DNA of 64,000 nucleotides from positions 113,831 to 177,830 of the forward strand of contig JAZKEF010000027.1 of the NCBI GenBank assembly GCA_040387195.1, in the 5' to 3' direction. Below are positions 27,964 through 36,960 of this stretch, in pieces. The first letter of the stretch is position 1; each line of letters begins with the position of its first letter. A program made the translations under genes and the position numbers. The notes beneath the pieces are model-generated. The model saw only the letters and a list, made by a program, of their open reading frames with translations. It was not told where the DNA came from and made no database searches. Source of the DNA: Bacteroidota bacterium. GTDB lineage: Bacteria > Bacteroidota > Bacteroidia > UKL13-3.

Positions 27964-28464
27964 TTATTTCAGGATAACACCTGAAGCCTCAAATACCAAT
28001 TCTCTCTTTGGTTCCTTGATTGTTTCTATTTCTGCTTTTGATTTTCCTGCGTCCTTTGCATACTCTTTCAAATCGGCCACCGAAGTTTCTTCAATTTTGG
28101 CAACTCCTTCAATGATTGCTTCTTTTCCGGCAGCGTCCTTCGGTACAAAAAATCCATAATCCTTAAAGGTAACACGCATCGTTTCTCCTTCAGCACTTTT
28201 CAAATCCATCCAGCAACCCTTTTTCTGACATACTGCATCAACAGATGCCTGTAGCTTTATTGGAAGTTCCGTTTTGTCTCCCATTAATGTTTTAAGTTCG
28301 GCAATTGGCTTTGCGTTTTCGGAAGTGATTTTATCACCGAAAAACTGTTCTGCGGCTGCAGCAATTGCAGTTGAATCAGCAGGTGTGGTATTTTCCGTTT
28401 TGGGAGTACTGTTACCACAAGCAAACAAAAATGCCGTAGCACCGATTACAAGTATTCTTTTCAT
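27964..28464 (-). CDS. DUF4920-family lipoprotein
   Basis: 166 aa. Signal MKRILVIGATAFLFAC, plus the CQKKGCWMDL motif characteristic of DUF4920. Confidence 0.75.
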   Translation of the reverse strand: MKRILVIGATAFLFACGNSTPKTENTTPADSTAIAAAAEQFFGDKITSENAKPIAELKTLMGDKTELPIKLQASVDAVCQKKGCWMDLKSAEGETMRVTFKDYGFFVPKDAAGKEAIIEGVAKIEETSVADLKEYAKDAGKSKAEIETIKEPKRELVFEASGVILK

Positions 28465-28591
28465 TTTTTCTGAATTATATTTAGACTACAATAATATGTG
28501 ATTACTTGAAAAATAGATATTGAGCGACTCTTTTTTAAGAAAAAGTAAGGACGCGAGAAGAATTCTTTTGAGATTAAGCAAATAAAAAATC

Positions 28592-28599
28592 TATATTTG
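28592..28599 (+). promoter_or_regulatory. Bacteroidota -7 promoter box (TAtaTTTG) upstream of tRNA-Cys
   Basis: Matches TAnnTTTG, 12 nt upstream of the mature tRNA 5' end. Confidence 0.45.
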
Positions 28600-28610
28600 C
28601 TGCCCATCAG

Positions 28611-28681
28611 GGTACCGTGGCCGAGTGGCTAGGCCGAGGTCTGCAAAACCTCTTACAGCAGTTCGAATCTGCTCGGTACCT
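28611..28681 (+). tRNA. tRNA-Cys (GCA)
   Basis: Folded by hand. Perfect 7-bp acceptor GGTACCG/CGGTACC, anticodon stem GAGGT/ACCTC with loop CTGCAAA, T-arm AGCAG-TTCGAAT-CTGCT, and the U73 discriminator typical of tRNA-Cys. Confidence 0.9.
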
Positions 28682-28683
28682 CA

Positions 28684-28713
28684 AAAGCTCCGGATAAACC
28701 GGGGCTTTTTTTA
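28684..28713. terminator. Hairpin terminator after tRNA-Cys (also faces the convergent algH-like gene)
   Basis: GCTCCGG-ATAAA-CCGGGGC stem-loop, followed by TTTTTTT. Confidence 0.7.
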
Positions 28714-28719
28714 TTTTGG

Positions 28720-29304
28720 TCAATTCCAGCTTCTGTCCTCCGGAGCATCGGCCATGTATGAAAAATTCTTTCCAAGGTTTTTAACAATATTTCGCCACAT
28801 GTTCTCCAGGTCGTTATCAAACATGAGTTTTAGATCAGTTTTTCCAACCCACCATGCCTTTTGGCCAATTTCTTCATCCAACTGGCCTGCTGCCCAACCT
28901 GAGTAGCCCGAAAAAAATTTAAATTCATCCTGACGTGCAATCTTGCGGTCTATCAGGTCATCTATCATTTCGATATCCCCTCCCCAATATATTCCGTTTG
29001 CAATATGCTGTGCACCAGTAATTACATCACCCACCTTGTGTATAAAATGAAGTGTATTCGGTTCTACCGGCCCTCCGAAAAATAAGGGAAAATTATACTT
29101 CATAAGCCCCGGAATAACATCATTGGTTTGTAAATCCACCAACCTGTTAAGCACAAACCCCACGGATCCTTCATCAGAGTGATCGCTTATCAGTACCACT
29201 GTTCTCCTGAAATGGTAATCATTCAGATAAGGCTCACTGATTAATACACTCCCACGCTCGGGTGGTTGGAAATTGGGTTGAATATTCCGAATGTTTACTG
29301 TCAT
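28720..29304 (-). CDS. YqgE/AlgH-family protein (UPF0301)
   Basis: 194 aa. LISEPYLNDYHFRRTVVLI, LFFGGPVE and FFSGYSGWAAGQLDEEI are family hallmarks. Confidence 0.9.
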   Translation of the reverse strand: MTVNIRNIQPNFQPPERGSVLISEPYLNDYHFRRTVVLISDHSDEGSVGFVLNRLVDLQTNDVIPGLMKYNFPLFFGGPVEPNTLHFIHKVGDVITGAQHIANGIYWGGDIEMIDDLIDRKIARQDEFKFFSGYSGWAAGQLDEEIGQKAWWVGKTDLKLMFDNDLENMWRNIVKNLGKNFSYMADAPEDRSWN

Positions 29305-29424
29305 CTACCGTCCTCCTGTTTGCTGAAACTAATTTACCCTAATTCGTTAAATTATACATACGATTCTTTCCAACATACGGAAGATTCATGTTAATGGATT
29401 ATTTTTGAACCAAATAGAAATTTC

Positions 29425-30075
29425 ATGGCCATTCACCCAAGTACAATAGCAAACCTGCGCGTTGATTATTCCTTACAATCGTTTGATGAAAAAGATCTTA
29501 AAAACAATCCGTTTGATCAGTTTGCACAGTGGATGGAGGACGCTATAAAGGCAGAGGTAAATGAGCCCAATGCCATGACACTTGCAACGGTGAAAGAAGA
29601 TGGTTCTCCTGCTGCCCGAATCGTATTGCTCAAGGGGTTTGATGAACGGGGGTTTACTTTTTATACAAATTATGACAGCAATAAAGGGCAGGAAATACAA
29701 TCCAACCATAAGGTTGCCTTGGTGTTTTGCTGGCTAGAGCTTCAGCGACAAGTGCGTGTGGAGGGGATTGCAACGAGGGTAAGTGCAGCAGAGTCTGATG
29801 CTTACTTTAAAAGCAGACCCTATGGCAGCCAGGTTGGTGCGCATGCGTCACCGCAGAGTACTTCCCTTCAATCAAGAGCGGAACTGGAAAATATGTATGC
29901 CCATTTTGAGAAACTGTTTAAAGAAGAGCCCATTATGCGTCCCGAACATTGGGGAGGATTCATAATTAACCCCCATAAAATAGAGTTTTGGCAAGGCCGC
30001 ACCAGCCGTTTACACGACCGGTTTTTATTCACCAAACAAGGAAATAACTGGGATTCGCAAAGACTCGCTCCTTAA
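29425..30075 (+). CDS. pdxH: Pyridoxamine 5'-phosphate oxidase
   Basis: 216 aa. RIVLLKGFDERGFTFYTNYDSNKG, and C-terminal EFWQGRTSRLHDR...RLAP. Confidence 0.95.
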   Translation: MAIHPSTIANLRVDYSLQSFDEKDLKNNPFDQFAQWMEDAIKAEVNEPNAMTLATVKEDGSPAARIVLLKGFDERGFTFYTNYDSNKGQEIQSNHKVALVFCWLELQRQVRVEGIATRVSAAESDAYFKSRPYGSQVGAHASPQSTSLQSRAELENMYAHFEKLFKEEPIMRPEHWGGFIINPHKIEFWQGRTSRLHDRFLFTKQGNNWDSQRLAP

Positions 30076-30219
30076 AAAAGCACCTTATACTTAAATCAAG
30101 GCGCTTATTTCGAAAAAGGTTAATAACTAATTTATTCACATTTTAGTAACCTTTTAATACTCAAAATCACTTACTTTTGAACGGTTAACCATAAAAATAG
30201 TAAACTGTGTATTAAGCCT

Positions 30220-31344
30220 ATGCAAAATATCATACTTTCCTTTCTTACGTCACTACTCGTTGTTATTTTTGGAATTCCTTCCATTATAACTGTTGCGAAG
30301 CAAAAGGGGTTATATGACACCCCCGACCATAGAAAACTGCATACAAACAAGATTCCCAGATTGGGAGGATTGGCCATTATTGCAGGTTTTTCAATTGCCG
30401 TAAGCATTTGGGGGATTCCAACGGAGATTTCTTCCAGACTTCAGTATTTACAGGCGGCCCTAATCATTTTATTCTTTTCCGGATTAAAAGATGATGTGGT
30501 GATGCTTACCCCTATGAAAAAACTGATGAGTCAATTATTGGCCACTTCATTGGTCGTTATTGGAGAAGATATCAGGATTACCAGCTTTTATGGGTTGTTT
30601 GGTGTTAACGAACTGGCAACATGGGTTAGTTATGCTTTATCCATTTTTACCATTGTGGTTGTTACGAATGCGTTCAACCTTATTGACGGGATTGACGGGT
30701 TAGCAGGAGGATTAGGCTTCATTATTTCGGTAACCTTTGGGTTATGGTTCAATTTTATTGATCAGGTGGGTTGGTCTATCATCTCCTTCTCGCTTGCCGG
30801 AGCATTAATCGGATTTTTGGTGTTTAACTTTAATCCCGCCAAAATATTTATGGGTGATGCCGGCTCCTTGTGTACGGGCTTTTTACTTTCCATCATGGCT
30901 GTGCAATTCATCGAATTCAACAGACCTGAGGTACAAAATTTCTATAAAATTACTACCGCTCCCGTTATCGCCATAGCTATTCTGGTAATTCCATTATATG
31001 ATACCATGCGAGTGTTTACTGTGCGTTTGTTAAAGAAAAAGTCTCCATTTTCGGCCGACAGAAACCACCTTCACCATATTTTATTAAACACAGGGTTGGG
31101 ACACAAAGAGGTTTCATTGATTCTTTACATCGTAAACATTGTATTTGTGTTAATTGGATTTTTACTAAAAGATAGTAATATTTTAATCGTATTTCTTACC
31201 ATTGGAGCCCTGGCTTTCGCCTTGTCCCAAATTCCGATTTACATTAATGCCCATCGCATTGCCGATATTGAATCGGATACGGATGGAAGTTTAAGCAAAG
31301 AGATTACAGAACGTATTTTGGTTGATAAGGAAAACAGTAACTAA
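30220..31344 (+). CDS. MraY/WecA-family polyprenyl-phosphate N-acetylhexosamine-1-phosphate transferase
   Basis: Polytopic membrane protein with NAFNLIDGIDGLAGG and FMGDAGS motifs. Confidence 0.88.
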   Translation: MQNIILSFLTSLLVVIFGIPSIITVAKQKGLYDTPDHRKLHTNKIPRLGGLAIIAGFSIAVSIWGIPTEISSRLQYLQAALIILFFSGLKDDVVMLTPMKKLMSQLLATSLVVIGEDIRITSFYGLFGVNELATWVSYALSIFTIVVVTNAFNLIDGIDGLAGGLGFIISVTFGLWFNFIDQVGWSIISFSLAGALIGFLVFNFNPAKIFMGDAGSLCTGFLLSIMAVQFIEFNRPEVQNFYKITTAPVIAIAILVIPLYDTMRVFTVRLLKKKSPFSADRNHLHHILLNTGLGHKEVSLILYIVNIVFVLIGFLLKDSNILIVFLTIGALAFALSQIPIYINAHRIADIESDTDGSLSKEITERILVDKENSN

Positions 31345-31925
31345 GACTGTTCACGTAAAAACTGAATCAATTTGCGGGTGGCTTTTGCCCGGTGGCTTAT
31401 TTCATTTTTTTCTGCAGTATTCAGCTCGGCAAGGGTCTTGTGAGAATGGAGCGGTTTAAACACGGGATCATATCCAAATCCATTTGTTCCTATTGGTTCT
31501 CGTATGATTTCCCCTTCCAGTATTCCTTCAAACAAGTTTTCTTCTCCATTCAACATACAGGAAATTACGGTTCTGAACCTTGCCTTACGGTTGGATTGTT
31601 GTTCCATATTAGCCAACAATAAACCGATGTTATCACCATCACTTTTTTGCGACCCCGCATACCTTGCGGAGTAGACTCCCGGAGCTCCGTTTAAGGCTTC
31701 CACTTCAAGTCCGGTATCATCCGCAAAACAATCCAGTCCGTAGGTATTGAACACATACTTGCTCTTAATGGTTGCATTTTCGGTAAGCGAGAGTCCCGAT
31801 TCCACAATATCTTCCCTGCATGCGATATCCTCCAGGGTCTTAATTTCAAATCCATCTCCAACCAGTTGCTGGATTTCCGTTGCCTTATATTTATTGTTTG
31901 TAGCAAACACTAATATCTTTTTCAT
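31341..31925 (-). CDS. rdgB: Non-canonical purine NTP pyrophosphatase (RdgB/HAM1)
   Basis: KILVFATNNKYKATE, DDTGLEV and GFGYDPVF motifs. Confidence 0.93.
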   Translation of the reverse strand: MKKILVFATNNKYKATEIQQLVGDGFEIKTLEDIACREDIVESGLSLTENATIKSKYVFNTYGLDCFADDTGLEVEALNGAPGVYSARYAGSQKSDGDNIGLLLANMEQQSNRKARFRTVISCMLNGEENLFEGILEGEIIREPIGTNGFGYDPVFKPLHSHKTLAELNTAEKNEISHRAKATRKLIQFLREQS

Positions 31926-32405
31926 CTATGCCTTCAATAAGAGTTGGATATTGGTCCACAAGGTAGTTTTAAGCGGCACATTATCCTGAAATGCGGTAAC
32001 TGCATCAACAGCAAGAATAGAACTGTTATGATATGTTCCAACTTCGTATTTTTTTAAAGCTGACACCTCACTAAGCAACCAGTCATGAGCACCCCACACA
32101 ATCATCCTAGCGGGTTTTATGATATTAATCATTTGCCCGGCCGATACATCATTGTGTTGACTCAAATCAACCAATGCAACATCTTCCATCGTGAGTTTCA
32201 TTGCCTTATGTATCAAATTATGAATCATCTCCTTATCGGCCGGCGACAGGGATTCTTCAAACACAAAAACCAATCCTGTTTTATTCCCTCCTTCAAAGTT
32301 GATTTTTATAGGATTTTCGTTTTCTTTGACCACGTTTGTAAGCGGCTCATCAATCAGGTAGAACTCATCGAAAAGCGCTTTTATTTCATCTAATTCGTTT
32401 ATCAT
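31926..32405 (-). CDS. Hypothetical protein, abuts the downstream rdgB gene
   Basis: Stop codon directly abuts the rdgB ATG. ATG at 32403-32405 (the listed ORF start is a TTG at 32417). No recognisable family. Confidence 0.6.
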   Translation of the reverse strand: MINELDEIKALFDEFYLIDEPLTNVVKENENPIKINFEGGNKTGLVFVFEESLSPADKEMIHNLIHKAMKLTMEDVALVDLSQHNDVSAGQMINIIKPARMIVWGAHDWLLSEVSALKKYEVGTYHNSSILAVDAVTAFQDNVPLKTTLWTNIQLLLKA

Positions 32406-32408
32406 CTT

Positions 32409-33482
32409 ATGACTCAAAATTCAATGGCAATATCCATAAAAATTGACAAAACCAAGCAGAGTCGAATTCATTTATGTGATTTCGAAAATATTCAGTTCGG
32501 AACAATCTTTTCGGATCATATGTTTAGAGTAGATTTTAAAGACGGGGCATGGCAACATCCGCATATTCTTCCTTACGGAGATATTTCAATCGCACCATCC
32601 CTTTCGGCTTTGCATTATGGACAATCCATTTTTGAAGGAATGAAAGCTTTCAAAAACCAACAGGGTGAAGCCCAGTTGTTCCGTCCCGTTGATAACATTA
32701 AACGGATGAATCGCTCGGCTGCACGTATGGCTATGCCTGCCATTCCGGAAGAATTATTTATGGAAGGCCTGAAACAACTGATTAAAACAGATCAAAACTG
32801 GATTCCTACCAAAGAAGGAAGTGCTTTATATATTCGTCCGTTTATGTTTGCAACGGATGATTTTGTAGGTGTACGTCCCTCCAAAAATTTCAGCTTCATT
32901 ATTTTCTGTTGCCCGGTAAACAGCTACTATCCAAAACCCATCAATGTGCTTGTTGAACAAAAGTATGTGAGGGCTTTTGAAGGTGGTGTTGGTGCCACCA
33001 AAGTTTCGGGTAACTACGGATTAAGTATGCAACCAACTCTGGAAGCACAACAAAAAGGATTTGACCAGATTATCTGGACAGATGGAAAAGAACATAACTA
33101 CGTAGAAGAAAGCGGAACCACCAACTTGTTTTTTGCAATTGGCGATACGGTTGTAACACCTGCATTGGATGGTACCATTCTGGAAGGTGTTACGCGCGAC
33201 TCTTGCATTCAATTGCTCAAGCACAAAGGTGTGAAAGTAGAAGAACGCAAAATTTCGATTGCCGAAATATTGGATGCTCATAGCAGAGGGGTGTTAAAAG
33301 ATGCATTCGGAACAGGCACCGCTGCTCTTATTGCCAAAATTGCGAGTATCAATTATAATGGAACAACCTATGAACTTCCTCCTGTTGAAGAACGTTTTGT
33401 TTCCAATATGCTGTACAACGAACTGGAAGCCATCCGCACCTCACAAACAGAAGATCCGTTTGGCTGGGTGGTGAAGGCATAA
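32409..33482 (+). CDS. ilvE: Branched-chain amino acid aminotransferase
   Basis: 357 aa. FSDHMF, LHYGQSIFEGMKAF, PLP-fold type IV core, EESGTTNLF. Confidence 0.95.
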   Translation: MTQNSMAISIKIDKTKQSRIHLCDFENIQFGTIFSDHMFRVDFKDGAWQHPHILPYGDISIAPSLSALHYGQSIFEGMKAFKNQQGEAQLFRPVDNIKRMNRSAARMAMPAIPEELFMEGLKQLIKTDQNWIPTKEGSALYIRPFMFATDDFVGVRPSKNFSFIIFCCPVNSYYPKPINVLVEQKYVRAFEGGVGATKVSGNYGLSMQPTLEAQQKGFDQIIWTDGKEHNYVEESGTTNLFFAIGDTVVTPALDGTILEGVTRDSCIQLLKHKGVKVEERKISIAEILDAHSRGVLKDAFGTGTAALIAKIASINYNGTTYELPPVEERFVSNMLYNELEAIRTSQTEDPFGWVVKA

Positions 33483-33503
33483 GGAGTTCTTCTCATAAAA
33501 GAA

Positions 33504-33537
33504 AAGGCCGCTAACGATAACGTTAATGGCCTTTTTT
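33504..33537 (+). terminator. Hairpin terminator after ilvE
   Basis: AAGGCCGCTAACG-ATAA-CGTTAATGGCCTT imperfect stem, followed by TTTTT. Confidence 0.6.
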
Positions 33538-33622
33538 ATGCACAAGCAAGCATAGTTATTTGTTATTGAGAATTATTTGCTCCACTCATTCCGCAATCAA
33601 CAATCCGAAATCCGCATTTCTT

Positions 33623-34159
33623 CTAGAATTTATTCTTCCACATCATACTCTCTACGGGTTTTACCCCACGCTTGTTATATTTCGCATTTTTCTTGGTGTT
33701 ATACATGGTTTCAATTTCACCTTCCACAACAAAATAAATTAGCTGCCCGATTGGCATTCCCGGATAAATCCTTACCGGCTGCGCGCATGAAATTTCCAAT
33801 GTCCAGGTATTGCAAAACCCTACATCCCCTTTCCCGGCAGTTGCATGAATATCAATACCCAAACGGCCTGTACTGCTTTTACCTTCCAAAAAAGGCACAT
33901 GGGCATGTGTTTCGGTATATTCGGCAGTAACACCAAGGTATAGGGTATTCGGTTGCAATACAAACCCTTCGACCGGAATTTCAAACGTATCAATTTTATT
34001 GTGTTCGCGGGCATCCAGCACCCTGTCCTTGTAGGTTGCCAGGTGACGTCCCAAATGAACATCATAAGAATTGGTACCCAGGCATTCCTTTTTAAAGGGT
34101 TCTATTAAGATGTTTCCCTTGTCGATTTCCTCGAGGATGCGTTTATCAGAAAGTATCAT
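33623..34159 (-). CDS. dcd: dCTP deaminase
   Basis: MILSDKRILEEIDKGNILIEP N-terminus and GFCNTWTLEI-type motifs. The ORF extends to 34189, but the ATG at 34157-34159 fits the family N-terminus. Confidence 0.93.
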   Translation of the reverse strand: MILSDKRILEEIDKGNILIEPFKKECLGTNSYDVHLGRHLATYKDRVLDAREHNKIDTFEIPVEGFVLQPNTLYLGVTAEYTETHAHVPFLEGKSSTGRLGIDIHATAGKGDVGFCNTWTLEISCAQPVRIYPGMPIGQLIYFVVEGEIETMYNTKKNAKYNKRGVKPVESMMWKNKF

Positions 34160-34243
34160 GTGGTAGTAAGTTGAGGACGCAAAATACACGGACCGTTGTT
34201 TTAAAAATATACAAATTGTTCACACTAGGATATAGAGCAGGTA

Positions 34244-35050
34244 TCAGCCAACTGCTTTCCGGTTTTTAAACTTCCATTCGCGGTATTGTTTAAACAAGGA
34301 AGTATGCTGAAAGCTTCGGATGATCCATACTTTTAGGTATACCAGCGGATACAGCAACCTGTTGGATAACGCAACTGTAAATGGAAAATATCGGTTGCTG
34401 TAACGCAACAGTTCCCGCTGGCTCAGCATTCGTTTATGATAACTTGCTCCCTGAATATCATAATAGGCAACAATCCAATCGATAAACAGGGCTTTGTGGG
34501 TACCCGATTGGAAAAATCGCACAAACCACTCCGAATCGGCCACCAGCTTATAGGTATCATCATACAAACCGATTGCCTTAAAAGCGTTTGCCCTGAAAAA
34601 TGCTGCCTGGTGGCAAATAGGATATTCACAGTAAAAATCCTTAAGGGTAACCGGACGTCCATTGATATAATTAATTCCGGTGGGTTCGTTTACTGTTTGA
34701 ACCTTTCCATAGACCAAGTCCACATCATTGGGTATATAGGCAAATATATCAGCCAATACATTCTTATCGTAGAAGGAATCCCCTGCATTTAAAAAATAGA
34801 TCCATTCCCCTTTAGCTGCGCGGATCCCTTTGTTCATGGCATCATAAATACCTTTATCCTTTTCACTGATAAGGGTTCCGGTTTGTTCTGAAAACTGACG
34901 TGCTACCAAAACTGTTTGATCTGTTGAGCCACCATCAATGATGACCAGCTCAATATTGGGATAGGATTGGCTGATTGCTGAACGTAAGGTATCAGCAAGA
35001 AGTGTTTCGCCATTATAAACAACTGTAACTATACTTACAAGCGGCTGCAT
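34244..35050 (-). CDS. Family 2 glycosyltransferase
   Basis: VSIVTVVYNGE, VIIDGGSTD and FLNAGD (DxD-like) motifs. Confidence 0.9.
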   Translation of the reverse strand: MQPLVSIVTVVYNGETLLADTLRSAISQSYPNIELVIIDGGSTDQTVLVARQFSEQTGTLISEKDKGIYDAMNKGIRAAKGEWIYFLNAGDSFYDKNVLADIFAYIPNDVDLVYGKVQTVNEPTGINYINGRPVTLKDFYCEYPICHQAAFFRANAFKAIGLYDDTYKLVADSEWFVRFFQSGTHKALFIDWIVAYYDIQGASYHKRMLSQRELLRYSNRYFPFTVALSNRLLYPLVYLKVWIIRSFQHTSLFKQYREWKFKNRKAVG

Positions 35051-35053
35051 GAA

Positions 35054-35176
35054 TCAGAACCCATTAGGGCAATTGCATTTTTTCTTACCATGCCCTCTTC
35101 CCGAAGCACATCCGCTGGAAGAAACTACCATGCCAGCCACCAATGCAATAAATAAAAGTGTTATTATTTTTTTCAC
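35054..35176 (-). CDS. Candidate 40-aa lipoprotein (below the ORF-track length cutoff)
   Basis: Own translation from GTG: VKKIITLLFIALVAGMVVSSSGCASGRGHGKKKCNCPNGF. Signal peptide with lipobox. Stop lies 3 nt before the GT2 ATG. TAacTTTG -7 box at complement(35182-35189). Confidence 0.4.
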   Translation of the reverse strand: MKKIITLLFIALVAGMVVSSSGCASGRGHGKKKCNCPNGF

Positions 35177-35224
35177 AGCCTCAAAGTTATGATTATTGCA
35201 CTAAATAACGAAACCACCTTATTT

Positions 35225-35869
35225 ATGGAAATTATTGATTTTGTCCTTCATATCGACAAACACCTTGAAACATTTATCAGCACCTACGGAACGCTGGTTT
35301 ACCTTTTACTTTTCGTAATTGTGTTTTGCGAAACAGGTTTGGTGGTTACGCCTTTTTTACCGGGCGACTCCTTATTGTTTGCTGCGGGGGCCCTGGCTGC
35401 AAATCCTGATAATAACCTCAACGTGGGAATAATCATTGTATCGCTCATCATTGCCGCTCTGCTTGGCGATAATACCAACTATTTTATCGGTAAGTTTTTG
35501 GCCCAAAAAGGTGAAGGGGCTAAACTATTCGGAATTTTTACCATACGGAAAGACTACCTGGATAAGACACATGCATTTTACGAAAAAAATGGACCCAGAA
35601 CCATTATCCTTGCACGTTTTGTTCCCATTGTAAGAACCTTTGCTCCCTTTGTGGCTGGAGTGGGTAGCATGACTTACCGCAAGTACATTACATACTGTAT
35701 TGCCGGAGCCATTTTATGGGTTACTTTGTTAACTTTAACCGGTTATGCTTTCGGGAATATTCCTTGGATTAAACAAAACTTTGAGCTGGTTGTTTTTGGC
35801 ATCATTCTCATCTCATTGCTTCCGATTGTATACGAATTCATTAAAAACAAACGTAGCCAGGCTAAATAA
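35225..35869 (+). CDS. DedA-family membrane protein
   Basis: MEIIDFVLHIDKHLETFI..., FCETGLVVTPFLPGDSLLF and ARFVPIVRTFAPFVAG are DedA hallmarks. Confidence 0.9.
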   Translation: MEIIDFVLHIDKHLETFISTYGTLVYLLLFVIVFCETGLVVTPFLPGDSLLFAAGALAANPDNNLNVGIIIVSLIIAALLGDNTNYFIGKFLAQKGEGAKLFGIFTIRKDYLDKTHAFYEKNGPRTIILARFVPIVRTFAPFVAGVGSMTYRKYITYCIAGAILWVTLLTLTGYAFGNIPWIKQNFELVVFGIILISLLPIVYEFIKNKRSQAK

Positions 35870-35913
35870 TTGACCACGCTTTGATTACCTTCGATACCCA
35901 ACATCTGAAAACC

Positions 35914-36957
35914 ATGAAAAAAATATATACCTTATTTTGCCTGATGGGAATTTTCCTTTCACAAACCAATGCACAAATAACCATCACCCGGTCCGACTTC
36001 GGAATGATAGGTGATATCGTTTATTATGCCACCGATACTACCTTAAATAACCTTTCGGTAGGAGCTTCGGGAACCAATAAAACCTGGAACTTTAATTCAT
36101 CTGTATCACCCAACACGTATGATACCGCTACATTTAAAGATCCCAATACTGTTTTGGGAGCACCTGCGGAAGCCAATCTGGCTATTGATGAAGGAATGCT
36201 GGGTGCTTCTTTTTTCCATATAGACAGCAACCGTGTTAAAACGGTATTGCCCCTGAGTGATTACGGAATGGATAACCAGCTATTATCGATTACCAATTTC
36301 CCTTTACAATACGGTGATGTAGTTAAAGACTCCTCATTCAACAAAGTTCAGGGAACTCCTGCCGACTTTGGTTTCTCTGGCTTACCATATGATTCGATCC
36401 GCATTACAGTAGATGTCAAAACGACTTCGACTGCTGATGGTTGGGGTTCACTCATTGTTCCATCGGGCACACACAATGTGCTACGGGTGCGGAATGTAAC
36501 CAATGTGGATGTAACTGTGGAAGGGAAAATTGCAATTTTTTGGACAACAGTTCCGGTTAATCTCGACCGAAACCAGATACTGTTTGCATGGTATGCCAAA
36601 AACAAAAAATATGCAATGGCCGAAGCGCAGCTCGACACCAATGGAGTAGTGACCACATTCCGATACCAGGTGGACAGTGTTCCAACTAAACCTACAACCG
36701 GGTTGGCAAACCTGACACCAACATCTCAACTTACAGCTTATCCAAATCCGGCCAATGAAACGATCACGTTTAATACTACTTCCCCAACAGGACAACTGAG
36801 TATTATGGATGCGACAGGTCAGCTTGTTTCTCGCAAAACATTCGACACACAAAATATATTGTTTGATACACAACTGCTACCGGCAGGTTTTTACATGGCA
36901 CATATTCAGGATACAGATGGAAGCCATTCGTCTATAAAATTTGTGGTACAACACTAG
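35914..36957 (+). CDS. Secreted protein with T9SS C-terminal sorting domain
   Basis: Signal MKKIYTLFCLMGIFLSQTNAQ. C-terminus AYPNPANETITF...GFYMAHIQDTDGSHSSIKFVVQH. Confidence 0.8.
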   Translation: MKKIYTLFCLMGIFLSQTNAQITITRSDFGMIGDIVYYATDTTLNNLSVGASGTNKTWNFNSSVSPNTYDTATFKDPNTVLGAPAEANLAIDEGMLGASFFHIDSNRVKTVLPLSDYGMDNQLLSITNFPLQYGDVVKDSSFNKVQGTPADFGFSGLPYDSIRITVDVKTTSTADGWGSLIVPSGTHNVLRVRNVTNVDVTVEGKIAIFWTTVPVNLDRNQILFAWYAKNKKYAMAEAQLDTNGVVTTFRYQVDSVPTKPTTGLANLTPTSQLTAYPNPANETITFNTTSPTGQLSIMDATGQLVSRKTFDTQNILFDTQLLPAGFYMAHIQDTDGSHSSIKFVVQH

Positions 36958-36960
36958 GCG

